Positions 36,156 through 44,984 of a stretch of DNA of 47,519 nucleotides are shown piece after piece (position 1 is the first letter of the stretch; every line of letters begins with the position of its first letter). The position numbers and the translations under genes were made by a program. The stretch lies in IMG/VR virus record IMGVR_UViG_3300011443_000020, positions 1 to 47,519 of that record; one strand, given 5' to 3'. Under the pieces are notes generated by a model, which searched no databases, had not been told where the DNA came from, and saw only the letters and a program-made list of their open reading frames with translations. Origin of the DNA: a virus (lineage: Duplodnaviria; Caudoviricetes).

Positions 36156-38110
36156 TGGGGAATAGTCGGTCCTGGAGGTGGCGCCATGCCGGGCGCCATC
36201 GGGGGCGCACCCATCCCCAGCATCCCCGGTAGTGCCTGGGGTTGCCCGACCTGGTTGGACGCGCCGAGAAACGCTTGCTTATTGGGAATCCGATAGACGC
36301 GGACGAACTGCTCGAGCATCGCCTTGGCGGCGTTCGGGTTCATCAGCAGCACCTGCTGCAACATCGGGAACGTCTGCAGCATCGCCGGCAACGCATGCAG
36401 CATCTGCGTGAAGTCCGCCCGGAGGGCTCGGGGATCGGCCGTCTCGACGCTGCCACGAGGTTTGCCGCGATACCGCCCGTTCAACATCGCTGGCGTGATG
36501 CTCGGGTCGTCCACGGGCACGCCGCGGGCCTGGAGCGTCTGCTGCATCCCCGAGGGCATCGTCATCGGCACGGCGTTCGGGGCCGTGATCGCCCGCTTCC
36601 ACATCTCGTGGCGGACCTGGAAGAGATCCTCCATCGACTCCTGGAACCGCCGCACGACGAGGTCCATGCGGACGAACGACTGCTCGGTCGCCATCTGCAC
36701 TTCACCGAGGGTCTTGCTGTCCTGCACCGTCTGCCCGGAGGCGATGTCGTTGACCCCGACGAGCCGCTCGGCGATGCGCTCGAGGCCCCGCTCCCAGTCG
36801 ATGACCGAGTTGGGCACGTCGGTGATCTGCATCTGCTCGACTTCGCGCATGTCGCGCACGTCGATCGTCTGCGACGGGCCGAAGGGCTGGTCCTGGGGAT
36901 GCCACAAGGCCCCGGTGAGCCGTTTGATAGGCGCCTGCACCGCGAGGCTCGAGCGGTCCGCGCGCATGTTCCGGACGGCCGTGTGCTCCTCGATGACCGT
37001 CACGAGCTTGTGCCCGATGAGGGAAAAACCTTCCGTCACCCGATCCGGCCGGGGGAACAACACGACCGAGATGTACCGGGGGATCTGGATGGGGTCGAAC
37101 TTGCACCGGAGCAAGACCTGCTGGTTGAGGTTGATGGTCGCGAGGTACCACCGCTCCCCGGACCCGTCGAGGTCCTGGAGGATGAGGAGCTCCCAGAGCT
37201 CCTTCTCGACCGTGGCGTTCTCTTGGGTGGCAATCCCTTGCCCGGACCGCTCGAGGGTCGGGGTGGGTTCGCGTTCGCTGGTCCGCGTCAGGCTCGCAAC
37301 CGCGTCCGTGTCGTAGTCGCCCTTCTTGGCGCCGGCCTCGAGCTCGGGGATGCGCCGCCAGAACCGCTTGCCGTAGCCCCAGATCTCGTCGCGGTCGCGC
37401 GCGTGCCCGGGGAAGATCAGCGAGTCGCTGTACGGCAGCACCCGATACTGCGGCCCGACCTGGATGGGTTCGGTGCTGTCGATTTGAATCTGCGCCGCCG
37501 GCACGCTGTCGTCCTCGACCTCGACATGCCGCCCGGCCGCGTCCATCTCGAACTCCGGCTGACCATCGGCCTTGAAGACCGGGACCATCTCCGGCATCCC
37601 CGTCTCGGCATTCACGGAGGGATGCAGCAGGAGCTTCGCCCAAATCTCTTTGCGCACCGCCCGGGTGTCGGTCCCCTCGTAGCACTCGAGCAGCCCCCGG
37701 GGTTCAAGGAGGGCATTCAGGGACCAGCGATCGAGGACACTTTGGAGGCGTTCCTCTTCCGCTTTCCACTGGTGGAACTCTTCGACGATCGGGGCGCGGT
37801 CCGCGGCGTCGCCCCAGCCTTCCACGGTCCAGATCGGCTCGACGGCGATCGTCTTCATCAGCCGCGCATGGAGCGCATCGACGTTCTGCGTGCCGAGGTA
37901 GGACGTGAGATCCGCGGCGCCCGGCCAGGGCATGGACTGCCCGAGACGGGTCCGGGCCTGTTCGTAGAGCTGGTGCCAGTAGTCGACTTCCCGCTCGGTC
38001 GACCCGCGCGCGTCGAGGGCGTGCTGCACCTCGTCACAGAGACGGATCGCTAACTGCCGCTGCTGCTCAGGAGTGAGCTTGATGTCGAACGCGCTGGCCT
38101 TTGGCGCCAT
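36152..38110 (-). CDS. Portal protein
   Basis: 652 aa; PWPGAADL, KTLGEV (TATE-like), Pro/Met/Gln-rich C-terminus typical of podovirus portals. Confidence 0.85.
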   Translation of the reverse strand: MAPKASAFDIKLTPEQQRQLAIRLCDEVQHALDARGSTEREVDYWHQLYEQARTRLGQSMPWPGAADLTSYLGTQNVDALHARLMKTIAVEPIWTVEGWGDAADRAPIVEEFHQWKAEEERLQSVLDRWSLNALLEPRGLLECYEGTDTRAVRKEIWAKLLLHPSVNAETGMPEMVPVFKADGQPEFEMDAAGRHVEVEDDSVPAAQIQIDSTEPIQVGPQYRVLPYSDSLIFPGHARDRDEIWGYGKRFWRRIPELEAGAKKGDYDTDAVASLTRTSEREPTPTLERSGQGIATQENATVEKELWELLILQDLDGSGERWYLATINLNQQVLLRCKFDPIQIPRYISVVLFPRPDRVTEGFSLIGHKLVTVIEEHTAVRNMRADRSSLAVQAPIKRLTGALWHPQDQPFGPSQTIDVRDMREVEQMQITDVPNSVIDWERGLERIAERLVGVNDIASGQTVQDSKTLGEVQMATEQSFVRMDLVVRRFQESMEDLFQVRHEMWKRAITAPNAVPMTMPSGMQQTLQARGVPVDDPSITPAMLNGRYRGKPRGSVETADPRALRADFTQMLHALPAMLQTFPMLQQVLLMNPNAAKAMLEQFVRVYRIPNKQAFLGASNQVGQPQALPGMLGMGAPPMAPGMAPPPGPTIPQ

Positions 38111-38129
38111 AGGTTAGGGGTCGACGCCT

Positions 38130-38159
38130 ATTGTGCGTGTCGGTCTTGTCCGACGTCAA
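38130..38159 (-). promoter_or_regulatory. Possible promoter for the portal-glycosylation operon
   Basis: TTGACG-18 nt-CACAAT with the inverted repeat GTCGG-N6-CCGAC. Confidence 0.4.
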
Positions 38160-38638
38160 GAGGTTTTCGCTCCGCAGTTGCAGATGCCGAACTGGTGATA
38201 GCAGCCGGGTTGAACCGGTGGCCCCTCTGGTTTTTCCTCCTGCCGGGTGGACGCCAGGGCCGCAGCGGCAATCGCTTGTGGACTGTCCTGTCGGATCGTG
38301 GGGAACCCTTCGGAGTCTAGCGCAAACCGATCACCCGAATGGGCCGCGATCTGCTGCAGGGTGGCCGTCAGCACCGCGACCTGCGCCTCGGCGGCTTCGG
38401 CGCGCATCTGCCATTCCATGCCTTCTAGGCGTGCGGCTTGCGTGTAGCCGTTTGCCGCGTCCCGCTCCTGCTTCGCTGTCTCCAGTTCGGCACGGAGGGC
38501 GGCGATGGCGTCGGCAGCTTCCTCCAACAATGCGGCCTCCTCGTTCGCATAGGCGTTCGACATGTCAAGCAAGCGTGTTTCTATACCAGACGCGCGCGCT
38601 TGCCGAATTCTGTCACCGAGCGCTTTCTTGGCGCCCAT
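38156..38638 (-). CDS. Coiled-coil hypothetical protein with an XRE-like first helix
   Basis: ALGDRIRQARASG, then LLEEAADAIAALRAELE; start uncertain. Confidence 0.5.
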   Translation of the reverse strand: MGAKKALGDRIRQARASGIETRLLDMSNAYANEEAALLEEAADAIAALRAELETAKQERDAANGYTQAARLEGMEWQMRAEAAEAQVAVLTATLQQIAAHSGDRFALDSEGFPTIRQDSPQAIAAAALASTRQEEKPEGPPVQPGCYHQFGICNCGAKTS

Positions 38639-38666
38639 CGGATTCACCCAATCCGGTGGCCTGAGG

Positions 38667-38715
38667 GCCTTTGTCCTTTTCATGTGCATAATATGCACCT
38701 GAAAAGGACAAAGGC
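38667..38715. repeat. 49-bp near-perfect palindrome
   Basis: GCCTTTGTCCTTTTCATGTGCATA-A-TATGCACCTGAAAAGGACAAAGGC; 23 of 24 pairs complementary. Confidence 0.9.
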
Positions 38716-38794
38716 AGCCAAGCCATTTGACCTTCGGTTAGGTATTCGCATACCTTAAAGGGAATATTAACACTGTGAAGGGGTTGAGCTATAC

Positions 38795-38947
38795 ATGACA
38801 AGCGCCGTCCTCGTTCTCGTTGCGCTGTTGGCAATCCCGGTGGGCGTTGGCATCATCATTAAGCTTGAAGACTTCGTAAGTCGAATCGTTAAGCCTAACG
38901 GCAGTCACTTGCACGACCAGATCGACCCGTCGTCGCCAACGCGATAG
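38795..38947 (+). CDS. 50-aa single-TM protein, opposite to the flanking genes
   Basis: Hand-translated MTSAVLVLVALLAIPVGVGIIIKLEDF...; AT-rich upstream DNA. Confidence 0.45.
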   Translation: MTSAVLVLVALLAIPVGVGIIIKLEDFVSRIVKPNGSHLHDQIDPSSPTR

Positions 38948-38975
38948 TGGGGCCATCCTTCGATCGGCCGATACT

Positions 38976-39284
38976 CTACCTGCATTTCAGCATCTCCTGA
39001 ACCCACGCTAGGGCCATGCCGTTGTTAACGTGCTTTGGAGTTACGCGGAGCACGCGCCAACCTTGAATCAGGGCCGCGTTGTACTTTTCCGCGTCCTTCT
39101 CGATGCCGGTCCCGCGCGAGTGCCGGCCATTCACAAAGCCGCCGCCGTCCACCTCCAGCGCCAGCGACTTCTCGGGCCAGGCGTAGTCAAACCGCCAGCG
39201 GCGGCCGTTCGTGTCGAAGCGGTACTCGGTCACAGGCTCAGGCACACGCGCCACCTTGAACTGCATGGGCAGGCTAATCTTCAC
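38976..39284 (-). CDS. Vsr/DUF559-like PD-(D/E)XK endonuclease
   Basis: EYRF...RRWRFDYAWP...ALEVDGG...GRH.RG...D.EKYN.A...GWRVLR. Confidence 0.8.
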   Translation of the reverse strand: MKISLPMQFKVARVPEPVTEYRFDTNGRRWRFDYAWPEKSLALEVDGGGFVNGRHSRGTGIEKDAEKYNAALIQGWRVLRVTPKHVNNGMALAWVQEMLKCR

Positions 39285-39370
39285 GACACCTTCCACTTCT
39301 GGATGGGGACTGGTATACACACACCACTGGCATCCCTCGACGCGGGCACTACGACAACTGTCACACCAGC

Positions 39371-39748
39371 TCACGCGGCTGGCCGCCGCTTCTGCTGCTG
39401 CCGCACATACTGCGCGCCCGCCGCGTAGCAGTCCTTCGCCAGCGCATACGCCGCATTGACCAGATCGCGTTCGGTCAGCTTGCCGCCCGCCTGCTTCGCA
39501 CGAATCTCGCGCACGAATGACCACACCCGCCGCTCCCGCCGTGTCCTCGAAGCCGTCTGGCCCTGCTGCTTCCTGAGCACCGGACAGGACGCCGCGCACC
39601 ACGTCTGCTGCTTGTGATACGACGTCACCACAAAGAGCTGCCCGCACTGGCAGCGGCGCTCTCCGAGGCGGTAGTACTTGCGGTCGTAGCCGTCCGCCTT
39701 GTTGGGCATGGTAAACGCCACGATGTCACTCGGTGGCTTGACTGGCAT
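39371..39748 (-). CDS. Hypothetical protein with a small Zn-binding motif
   Basis: CQCG...WCAASC. Confidence 0.5.
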   Translation of the reverse strand: MPVKPPSDIVAFTMPNKADGYDRKYYRLGERRCQCGQLFVVTSYHKQQTWCAASCPVLRKQQGQTASRTRRERRVWSFVREIRAKQAGGKLTERDLVNAAYALAKDCYAAGAQYVRQQQKRRPAA

Positions 39749-39927
39749 CTAGTCCTCATCCTTCAGCTTCTGGAAGTCCCCCGGCTTGCGCCGCACATAC
39801 TGCGCCTCACAGCGCCGCCGCCAGTCCTGTAACACTGCGCGTCCTTCTCTGGGGATGGGGGCAGCTTGCAGATGGCCTCCAGCTCCCGCCAAAAGTTGCG
39901 GCCGGTCTGGGTGATCTCTGGGCTCAT

Positions 39928-40692
39928 CTACACTCCACATCTACCCGAACAGTCGTTGGTGAAATGGTTCGTGTCATCAAGGAAGCTCCCCTGTGCCGCA
40001 AAGTCCAGTTCTCGCAGCGGAATCATGCTGCGGTGGATGGCCGCCTGCCGTTGCGCTCGCAGTCGGTCGTCGTAGGCGATCGCCCGCTGCCAGCCTGCAG
40101 GGTCATGCACCTGCAAATCCCGCCAGCCTCGGTCAGACCGCCACGGGCAGAACACGCACGCGCTCTTGCGTGGGACGGGTAAGCCGTGCTCACGTAAAAG
40201 GTCGGCGCAGTCGTGCTTTCGCATCCCAGCATCCACGAGCGGGTAGAGATGCCGCAAATACTTGAACCGGGAATCACGCATCCGATCAGCTTCGTCCAGG
40301 CTGATCCCGATCATGGCCGCCGCCTTCTTCACCCCGCGCCGCTTCATCTCTGCCCGTGTCGCCTGCCGGATCGGCGTCAGCTTGTAATCGCGGGTGCAGT
40401 TCTGCGACAGAGGCGCAACGTCGCCGTCCGTGTTTCGCACATAGGCCGGGACACGAATCACGGCATCATCGGACAGCCGGCCCCGTGTCACGTCCAACAC
40501 TTGCAGCCCGTGGTTGAGCGCCCATTCCGACATGATGAGAAAGTGTTGATACGTCCATGACGCCTCGTCTTGCGTGTCTGCAAAAATAGCGAGGTCCGCC
40601 GAGGGGCAATCGCGCAGCCCCAACGCCGCCATGACTAACAGCGCAGACGACTCGACCCCAGCACCGAGCGACACATATCGAAACTCGGTCAC
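39928..40692 (-). CDS. PAPS-reductase-like / adenine nucleotide alpha-hydrolase family protein
   Basis: PP-loop variant SLGAGVESS, IFADT, CTRDYK, IGISLDE, YPL, KSACVFCP, terminal CSGRC. Confidence 0.8.
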   Translation of the reverse strand: MTEFRYVSLGAGVESSALLVMAALGLRDCPSADLAIFADTQDEASWTYQHFLIMSEWALNHGLQVLDVTRGRLSDDAVIRVPAYVRNTDGDVAPLSQNCTRDYKLTPIRQATRAEMKRRGVKKAAAMIGISLDEADRMRDSRFKYLRHLYPLVDAGMRKHDCADLLREHGLPVPRKSACVFCPWRSDRGWRDLQVHDPAGWQRAIAYDDRLRAQRQAAIHRSMIPLRELDFAAQGSFLDDTNHFTNDCSGRCGV

Positions 40693-40790
40693 GGTGCCCG
40701 CCTTGCCATGAGCAGCAGAATGACGACGCCCAGACAAATCCCCACCAGTCCCCAAGCGAGTTGAGAAAGCACCATCTCTGCCTCGCTCAT
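40689..40790 (-). CDS. 33-aa membrane peptide
   Basis: MSEAEMVLSQLAWGLVGICLGVVILLLMARRAP; ATGA/GTGA-coupled. Confidence 0.45.
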   Translation of the reverse strand: MSEAEMVLSQLAWGLVGICLGVVILLLMARRAP

Positions 40791-41194
40791 GCCCCACCTC
40801 GCTCCGCGCGTTGCCGGTCGCGCTCATCCCGCACCCCCTCCACACACCAGGCGCGGGCATGGCAGGGCGGATCATGCGGACAGGTCCACTCCTGCCGTGC
40901 GGCTGGTGCGGGCTCGACATAATCATCCCAGCGGCCCCCGCGAATCCACTTCGCCGGCGTCGTCCGATAGCCGAGGCGCCACTTCTCGGTCCGGCTGTGC
41001 GCCGCCACCGCCTCGATGCACCGCTGCTCGAACGCGGCATTCGGACGGGGGCAGGCCTTGATCCACTCCCGCCGCGCGTCCAGTCTCGCCTCCCGCCAGT
41101 CTGGAGGCAAGGACTGCCACCAGCGGACGAAGTCCGGCCGCACATCCATCGACGGGTCTGACCCGAATGGCAGGAGCCGCAGCGGACTACTCAC
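40787..41194 (-). CDS. Protein resembling the C-terminal domain of phage replication initiators
   Basis: F..WW..LP......A...W.K...KW..GY...PAKWI...RWDD pattern. Confidence 0.55.
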   Translation of the reverse strand: MSSPLRLLPFGSDPSMDVRPDFVRWWQSLPPDWREARLDARREWIKACPRPNAAFEQRCIEAVAAHSRTEKWRLGYRTTPAKWIRGGRWDDYVEPAPAARQEWTCPHDPPCHARAWCVEGVRDERDRQRAERGGA

Positions 41195-41495
41195 AACCCG
41201 TCCCGACTGGGAGCTGAGTCTTCGGAACCGCCGCGAGATGGCCCGTGTTCGACCAATAGAGACAGACGCCGGCGGTGTCCACCACCCAGACCGTGCTGGT
41301 CCCTTTCAGTCTCCACATCTTCGTCTGCGGACCGATGGTGTCTTGCCCTCGAATGATCTTCGCGCGCGTGACTTGATCGAAGGGATACTCGACCTCCTGC
41401 GCGAGCGCACGAATCCCGATCTCCGCCAGGCACACCATCACGAGCCCGCACAACGTCCCGATCAGCGCCGCTTCCACGGTGAACTTTTTCATCAC
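41187..41495 (-). CDS. Hypothetical protein with a signal/TM segment
   Basis: MKKF followed by a hydrophobic stretch. Confidence 0.5.
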   Translation of the reverse strand: MMKKFTVEAALIGTLCGLVMVCLAEIGIRALAQEVEYPFDQVTRAKIIRGQDTIGPQTKMWRLKGTSTVWVVDTAGVCLYWSNTGHLAAVPKTQLPVGTGCE

Positions 41496-41737
41496 TGATT
41501 CCCCACTGGAGACACCACCAACGGGAACGCCCTATCGTCCGCGACAATCGTGATCGAGGACATGCCCACACGGAAACGCCCGAGCGCCTCTGAGCACTCA
41601 CGCCGCAGTGTCTCCGCGAAAAACTCTGCGAAGGCCTCGTCTAGACCGTCCGATACTTCGATTGTGATCGAGATGTTGTGATTGGCATATCGCCATGTGA
41701 ACGACTTGATCTGAGCCGCTGTACTGATCTTGTTCAT
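41492..41737 (-). CDS. Hypothetical protein
   Basis: GGAG RBS; stop overlaps the next start. Confidence 0.45.
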   Translation of the reverse strand: MNKISTAAQIKSFTWRYANHNISITIEVSDGLDEAFAEFFAETLRRECSEALGRFRVGMSSITIVADDRAFPLVVSPVGNQ

Positions 41738-42151
41738 GTTCTGTACTCCGAGACACACGTCCGGCCTTACTCCCGTGGTAAGGAAAGGGAACCCTCCCAC
41801 GGCCTATGGCGGTGACTCCGTGACGGTCACCCTTGTCCTCTCTCACTGTTCCAGATGCTCAGCGCATCCACCACATACGCGCAGGTCGCCTGCCGGTGAG
41901 CCGTTGCCTGCTTGCTTCGAGAGGTCGTCCACAGGGAGCGGTCTGACCGAGAGCCTCTACGTCTCTCGTGTCCGTGACGTGTAACCGCGAAGTCTCCGCG
42001 CCATTTCCGGCGAGAATGGCGAACCATTCGCGCATAGAACGTGAAGCGCGGGCACGAGTTTGGTAGTATTGGGAATCCTCACTCGCTGTCCTTGTCAGCA
42101 GTGATTGGTGAGGGGCCGCTCTGGTGTAACTAGCACCGGGGCGGTTCCGCT

Positions 42152-42179
42152 ATCTTACCCGTTTCCTCCTCTGTGTCAA
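42152..42179 (-). promoter_or_regulatory. Sigma70-type promoter
   Basis: TTGACA-16 nt-TAAGAT. Confidence 0.6.
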
Positions 42180-42643
42180 TCGGTCGTTTCGTCTCCCCAC
42201 TCGCACTCCCACCGAATCTTCTCCTGTATGGGATGGTGCGTCTCTCGCACCCGCTCCGGCCTTGACCAACTCCCGCCGCCAGCGATGCCCGCACGATGCC
42301 AACCGACCGCGCGCAGGCTCGCCCCTGATTCATAGGCGAGCGTATAGGTCAACACCTTCCGATAGCCCAACGCCTGCGCCGCGCGTTTCGATGCCCCATA
42401 CAGAAACGAGCAGGCATTCCGAGTGCCGTCTGTCGCCACGCGAATTACTTCGGCCGTGGTCCCGTTGTCCAACATACGCGATACCGGCCGCCCCACCATT
42501 GCCACTCCAACCAGTGCGCCCTCGTGCCATGCCGAGAGCGCGAACCGTGCGCCCTGCGGTGAATCGTGGTGGCGATGGTGTTCGGCCACAAAGCGACCCG
42601 CCTCACGAATCGTGATCGGCCGCAACTCCACCCTAGTTTCCAA
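42176..42643 (-). CDS. XF1762-family, Mom-like GNAT-fold protein
   Basis: FVAEHHRHH, VGVAMVGRPVSR.LD, NACSFLYGA, LGY.KVLTYT, ESGASLRA.GW. Confidence 0.8.
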   Translation of the reverse strand: METRVELRPITIREAGRFVAEHHRHHDSPQGARFALSAWHEGALVGVAMVGRPVSRMLDNGTTAEVIRVATDGTRNACSFLYGASKRAAQALGYRKVLTYTLAYESGASLRAVGWHRAGIAGGGSWSRPERVRETHHPIQEKIRWECEWGDETTD

Positions 42644-42887
42644 CCAATTTATACAGCGTCATACCGCTCGTGTAGTCCCGCTCGATCACCTTCACGTCAT
42701 ACCCCGCCTTCCGCAGGTCCGAGATGCGCGAGGTGTACTTGATCGACAACTGCGCCAGTTCGAAGTTCGTCGCCGGGCCGTGCTGGAGTCGCGCCAGGAT
42801 GTCCCCGTTCTGGCCGGACAGCCGCCGCAGTTCGGCGGGCTCGGTGAGGTGGGTATCGCGCGCGGTGAGGAGGTCTAGTTGGGTCAT
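42633..42887 (-). CDS. Winged helix-turn-helix protein
   Basis: QNGDILARL..GPAT..EL...YTSRISDLRKAGYDV. Confidence 0.75.
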   Translation of the reverse strand: MTQLDLLTARDTHLTEPAELRRLSGQNGDILARLQHGPATNFELAQLSIKYTSRISDLRKAGYDVKVIERDYTSGMTLYKLVGN

Positions 42888-43111
42888 CAGAACAACTCGC
42901 CTTGAACACGTTCGTAGGGCGCTTCGTGCGTGGCGCCGTGCGTCCCGTCCGCCAACTCCTCGACCCGGAGCCTGCAGAACCAGGAGTCGTTCGCCATCAG
43001 CGTCGTCAGCACCGCTTGCGTCGCCGCATCGCCGTAGGGCGCCATGCCGGCCGGTTGCGTCGCCCGGATGACGGCGGTGGCAATCTTCTCCGCGAGCTCG
43101 AGGGTCGTCAT
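42887..43111 (-). CDS. Hypothetical protein
   Basis: Overlap-coupled 74-aa ORF. Confidence 0.45.
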   Translation of the reverse strand: MTTLELAEKIATAVIRATQPAGMAPYGDAATQAVLTTLMANDSWFCRLRVEELADGTHGATHEAPYERVQGELF

Positions 43112-43524
43112 GTGCGTGGCACACTCAGGACGGAGACGCTCCCGCGCGAAATGCGTAAGATGCCATCGGCCCCCTTGACCGAGTCAAGCGCGGTTATCTC
43201 GATCGTGTCGAAGGGATGGCCCTTGTCGTCGTAGAGCGTGTGATGGAACGAGCACAACTGGCAGGTCCAGACCGTGCTGTGGCGTTCTTCTGGAGGCAAG
43301 CCACGGGTTTTGTATCGGCGCTTCTCGCCCATATGTGCCCACTCCGAGGCGCCAAAACATTCCCGCCCGAACAGCGTAGCCGCCAGCCGGCACTCGCCAT
43401 CGCGCTCGACGCACGCCGCCCGCACCCGCTGGATCACTGACGCCTCGGCGCGAGACTGACGCGCCTTGGCCCGCTTGCGCGGCTCTGGCTTCTGGCACTC
43501 GACGCCGCCATGCTCAGCTGGCAT
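43108..43524 (-). CDS. HNH-like nuclease
   Basis: CVERDGECR...C...EWAH...LCSFHH. Confidence 0.6.
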   Translation of the reverse strand: MPAEHGGVECQKPEPRKRAKARQSRAEASVIQRVRAACVERDGECRLAATLFGRECFGASEWAHMGEKRRYKTRGLPPEERHSTVWTCQLCSFHHTLYDDKGHPFDTIEITALDSVKGADGILRISRGSVSVLSVPRT

Positions 43525-43707
43525 CTACTTGCCAGCCTTCGCCGCGCGCAGTTCGGCCATCTCCATATACTCGGCCCACAGCTCGGGAAACGCCGCCTTG
43601 AGCCGTCTGTTGTTCTCGCTGTCAGCACGAGCGAACGCGAGCGCAAGAGCCTGCACGAAACTCCCGCCATAGATCCTCATCGCGTCCACGACTTCGTAGT
43701 CCGTCAT
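43525..43707 (-). CDS. Conserved small phage protein
   Basis: YGGSFVQALA.A...AD..N..RL..AFPELW. Confidence 0.6.
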   Translation of the reverse strand: MTDYEVVDAMRIYGGSFVQALALAFARADSENNRRLKAAFPELWAEYMEMAELRAAKAGK

Positions 43708-44051
43708 CGCGTCAACCTCATCTCATCTCCGGCCGTGCGAAGCACCTGCCGCAACGTGATCACCAACTGCTTCGCTTCCTCGCGCGTGTCGACCGCCTCA
43801 CACTTCCGCGCGTACTCGCTCGTCACGTTCAGGAACAGCTTGGCCCGGTTCGCGGCTTTGTGCGTCTGGAACAGTTCCAGATATTTCACGTCGCACGCGA
43901 GATTCGCCTGCCGCAGTTCGTCCCCGATGTTGCCGAGGATGGCCGTGAGCGTCGTCAGCATTTCGGCGGCACGTTGGGGATGCACCTCGGTGTCGCGGCA
44001 CTCCACCTGAATCTCCCGGACGATCGATCTGATGCTGCGGTCGGTTGGCAT
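43704..44051 (-). CDS. All-helical protein next to the SSB-like gene (possible recombination mediator)
   Basis: Helical composition and position only. Confidence 0.45.
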   Translation of the reverse strand: MPTDRSIRSIVREIQVECRDTEVHPQRAAEMLTTLTAILGNIGDELRQANLACDVKYLELFQTHKAANRAKLFLNVTSEYARKCEAVDTREEAKQLVITLRQVLRTAGDEMRLTR

Positions 44052-44067
44052 GGGCGTCAAGTGCGAA

Positions 44068-44454
44068 TCAGAACGGGATGTCATCGTCGGTCAGTTCGGT
44101 CGTCATCTCGACCGGCTTGGGCTTTTCGACCGGCGTCTTGCCGTTCTTCGCGGCGCGCACGCGAATGCAATCCACCGTCTCGCCGGCATATTCCGTCTCG
44201 CTGCGGTACAGCGTGACCGCGTGGCCCGGCCACTGGTCCGTATCGGCCGCACCGATCAGGGCGGCGATCTTCTTGGCGTTCGTGATGTTCAGCACGAAGC
44301 CTTTCTTGGCCTTGGCGAAGTAGACGACGAGCTTGCGCGTGCCCTTGCCGTCTACATCCTCGACCTCGACGCGGTCAATCAGCATCGAGATGCCATCCTC
44401 TGGTACCTCGGCGGACTTGACGTACTTACTGGGGAATGCGGCGTTGATGTCCAT
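44068..44454 (-). CDS. Putative single-stranded DNA-binding protein
   Basis: FPSKYVK, LNITN, beta-rich core, acidic SSB-type tail DDDIPF. Confidence 0.7.
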   Translation of the reverse strand: MDINAAFPSKYVKSAEVPEDGISMLIDRVEVEDVDGKGTRKLVVYFAKAKKGFVLNITNAKKIAALIGAADTDQWPGHAVTLYRSETEYAGETVDCIRVRAAKNGKTPVEKPKPVEMTTELTDDDIPF

Positions 44455-44658
44455 TTAGTCTCTCTCCTGCATCTTGAGCTGCACGATGTACTGATACAAC
44501 AACTTCAACATCGTGGTGCTCTTGGTTTCAATCTTGCGCCAGTGCGGCTGGCCCATCGCGTCGTCACCTTCCCGCTGCTCGAGCGTGAACGTGTCCTGTC
44601 CGCTCACGACGTCATGCACGATCCGGAACCCCATTTCGTCCACCAGCAGCGTCGGCAC
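44455..44658 (-). CDS. Hypothetical protein
   Basis: GTG overlaps the upstream TAG. Confidence 0.45.
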   Translation of the reverse strand: MPTLLVDEMGFRIVHDVVSGQDTFTLEQREGDDAMGQPHWRKIETKSTTMLKLLYQYIVQLKMQERD

Positions 44659-44984
44659 TAGCGCCAGTCCTTCCCCGTGCCGTCGTGCTTCGCTGCGTCG
44701 CACCGTGGGCACTGACACTGCGATGACTGCCGCGTGGTAAACCACGATGCCACCGCATCCGCGCTACACTGCGGGCAGGCCGTTGATGCGAACCTTAAAA
44801 TGTGACCGCAGGCATGACACTCGTCCATGAGCCAGCCGATCTCGTTAATCGCCTCGACAACAGCCTCCGCTTCTTCCTTCGTGAAATCGGCCGGAAGCCC
44901 ACCGATCCGCCACAGCTTCCCGTCCTTTTTGGATACCGGGTGCGGCTGCGTCACATAGACCCGTGTCGGCTCGTGTTCGCTCAT
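44658..44984 (-). CDS. Zn-ribbon protein ending AAKHDGTGKDWR
   Basis: CHAC, CPQC, CQCPRC. Confidence 0.55.
   Translation of the reverse strand: MSEHEPTRVYVTQPHPVSKKDGKLWRIGGLPADFTKEEAEAVVEAINEIGWLMDECHACGHILRFASTACPQCSADAVASWFTTRQSSQCQCPRCDAAKHDGTGKDWR

Noticed and set aside
98-38053. Long plus-strand ORFs such as 1207..2769, 8217..10634, 19862..21955 and 36242..38053
   Set aside because: Arg-rich antisense shadows of well-supported minus-strand genes, expected in high-GC DNA
38667-38715. Protelomerase telRL site of a linear plasmid prophage
   Set aside because: The size is similar, but I recognise no protelomerase gene; kept only as an unexplained palindrome
39928-41145. 405-aa version of the PAPS-reductase-like ORF
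   Set aside because: The N-terminal extension overlaps two better-supported genes; GTG at 40692 is the coupled start
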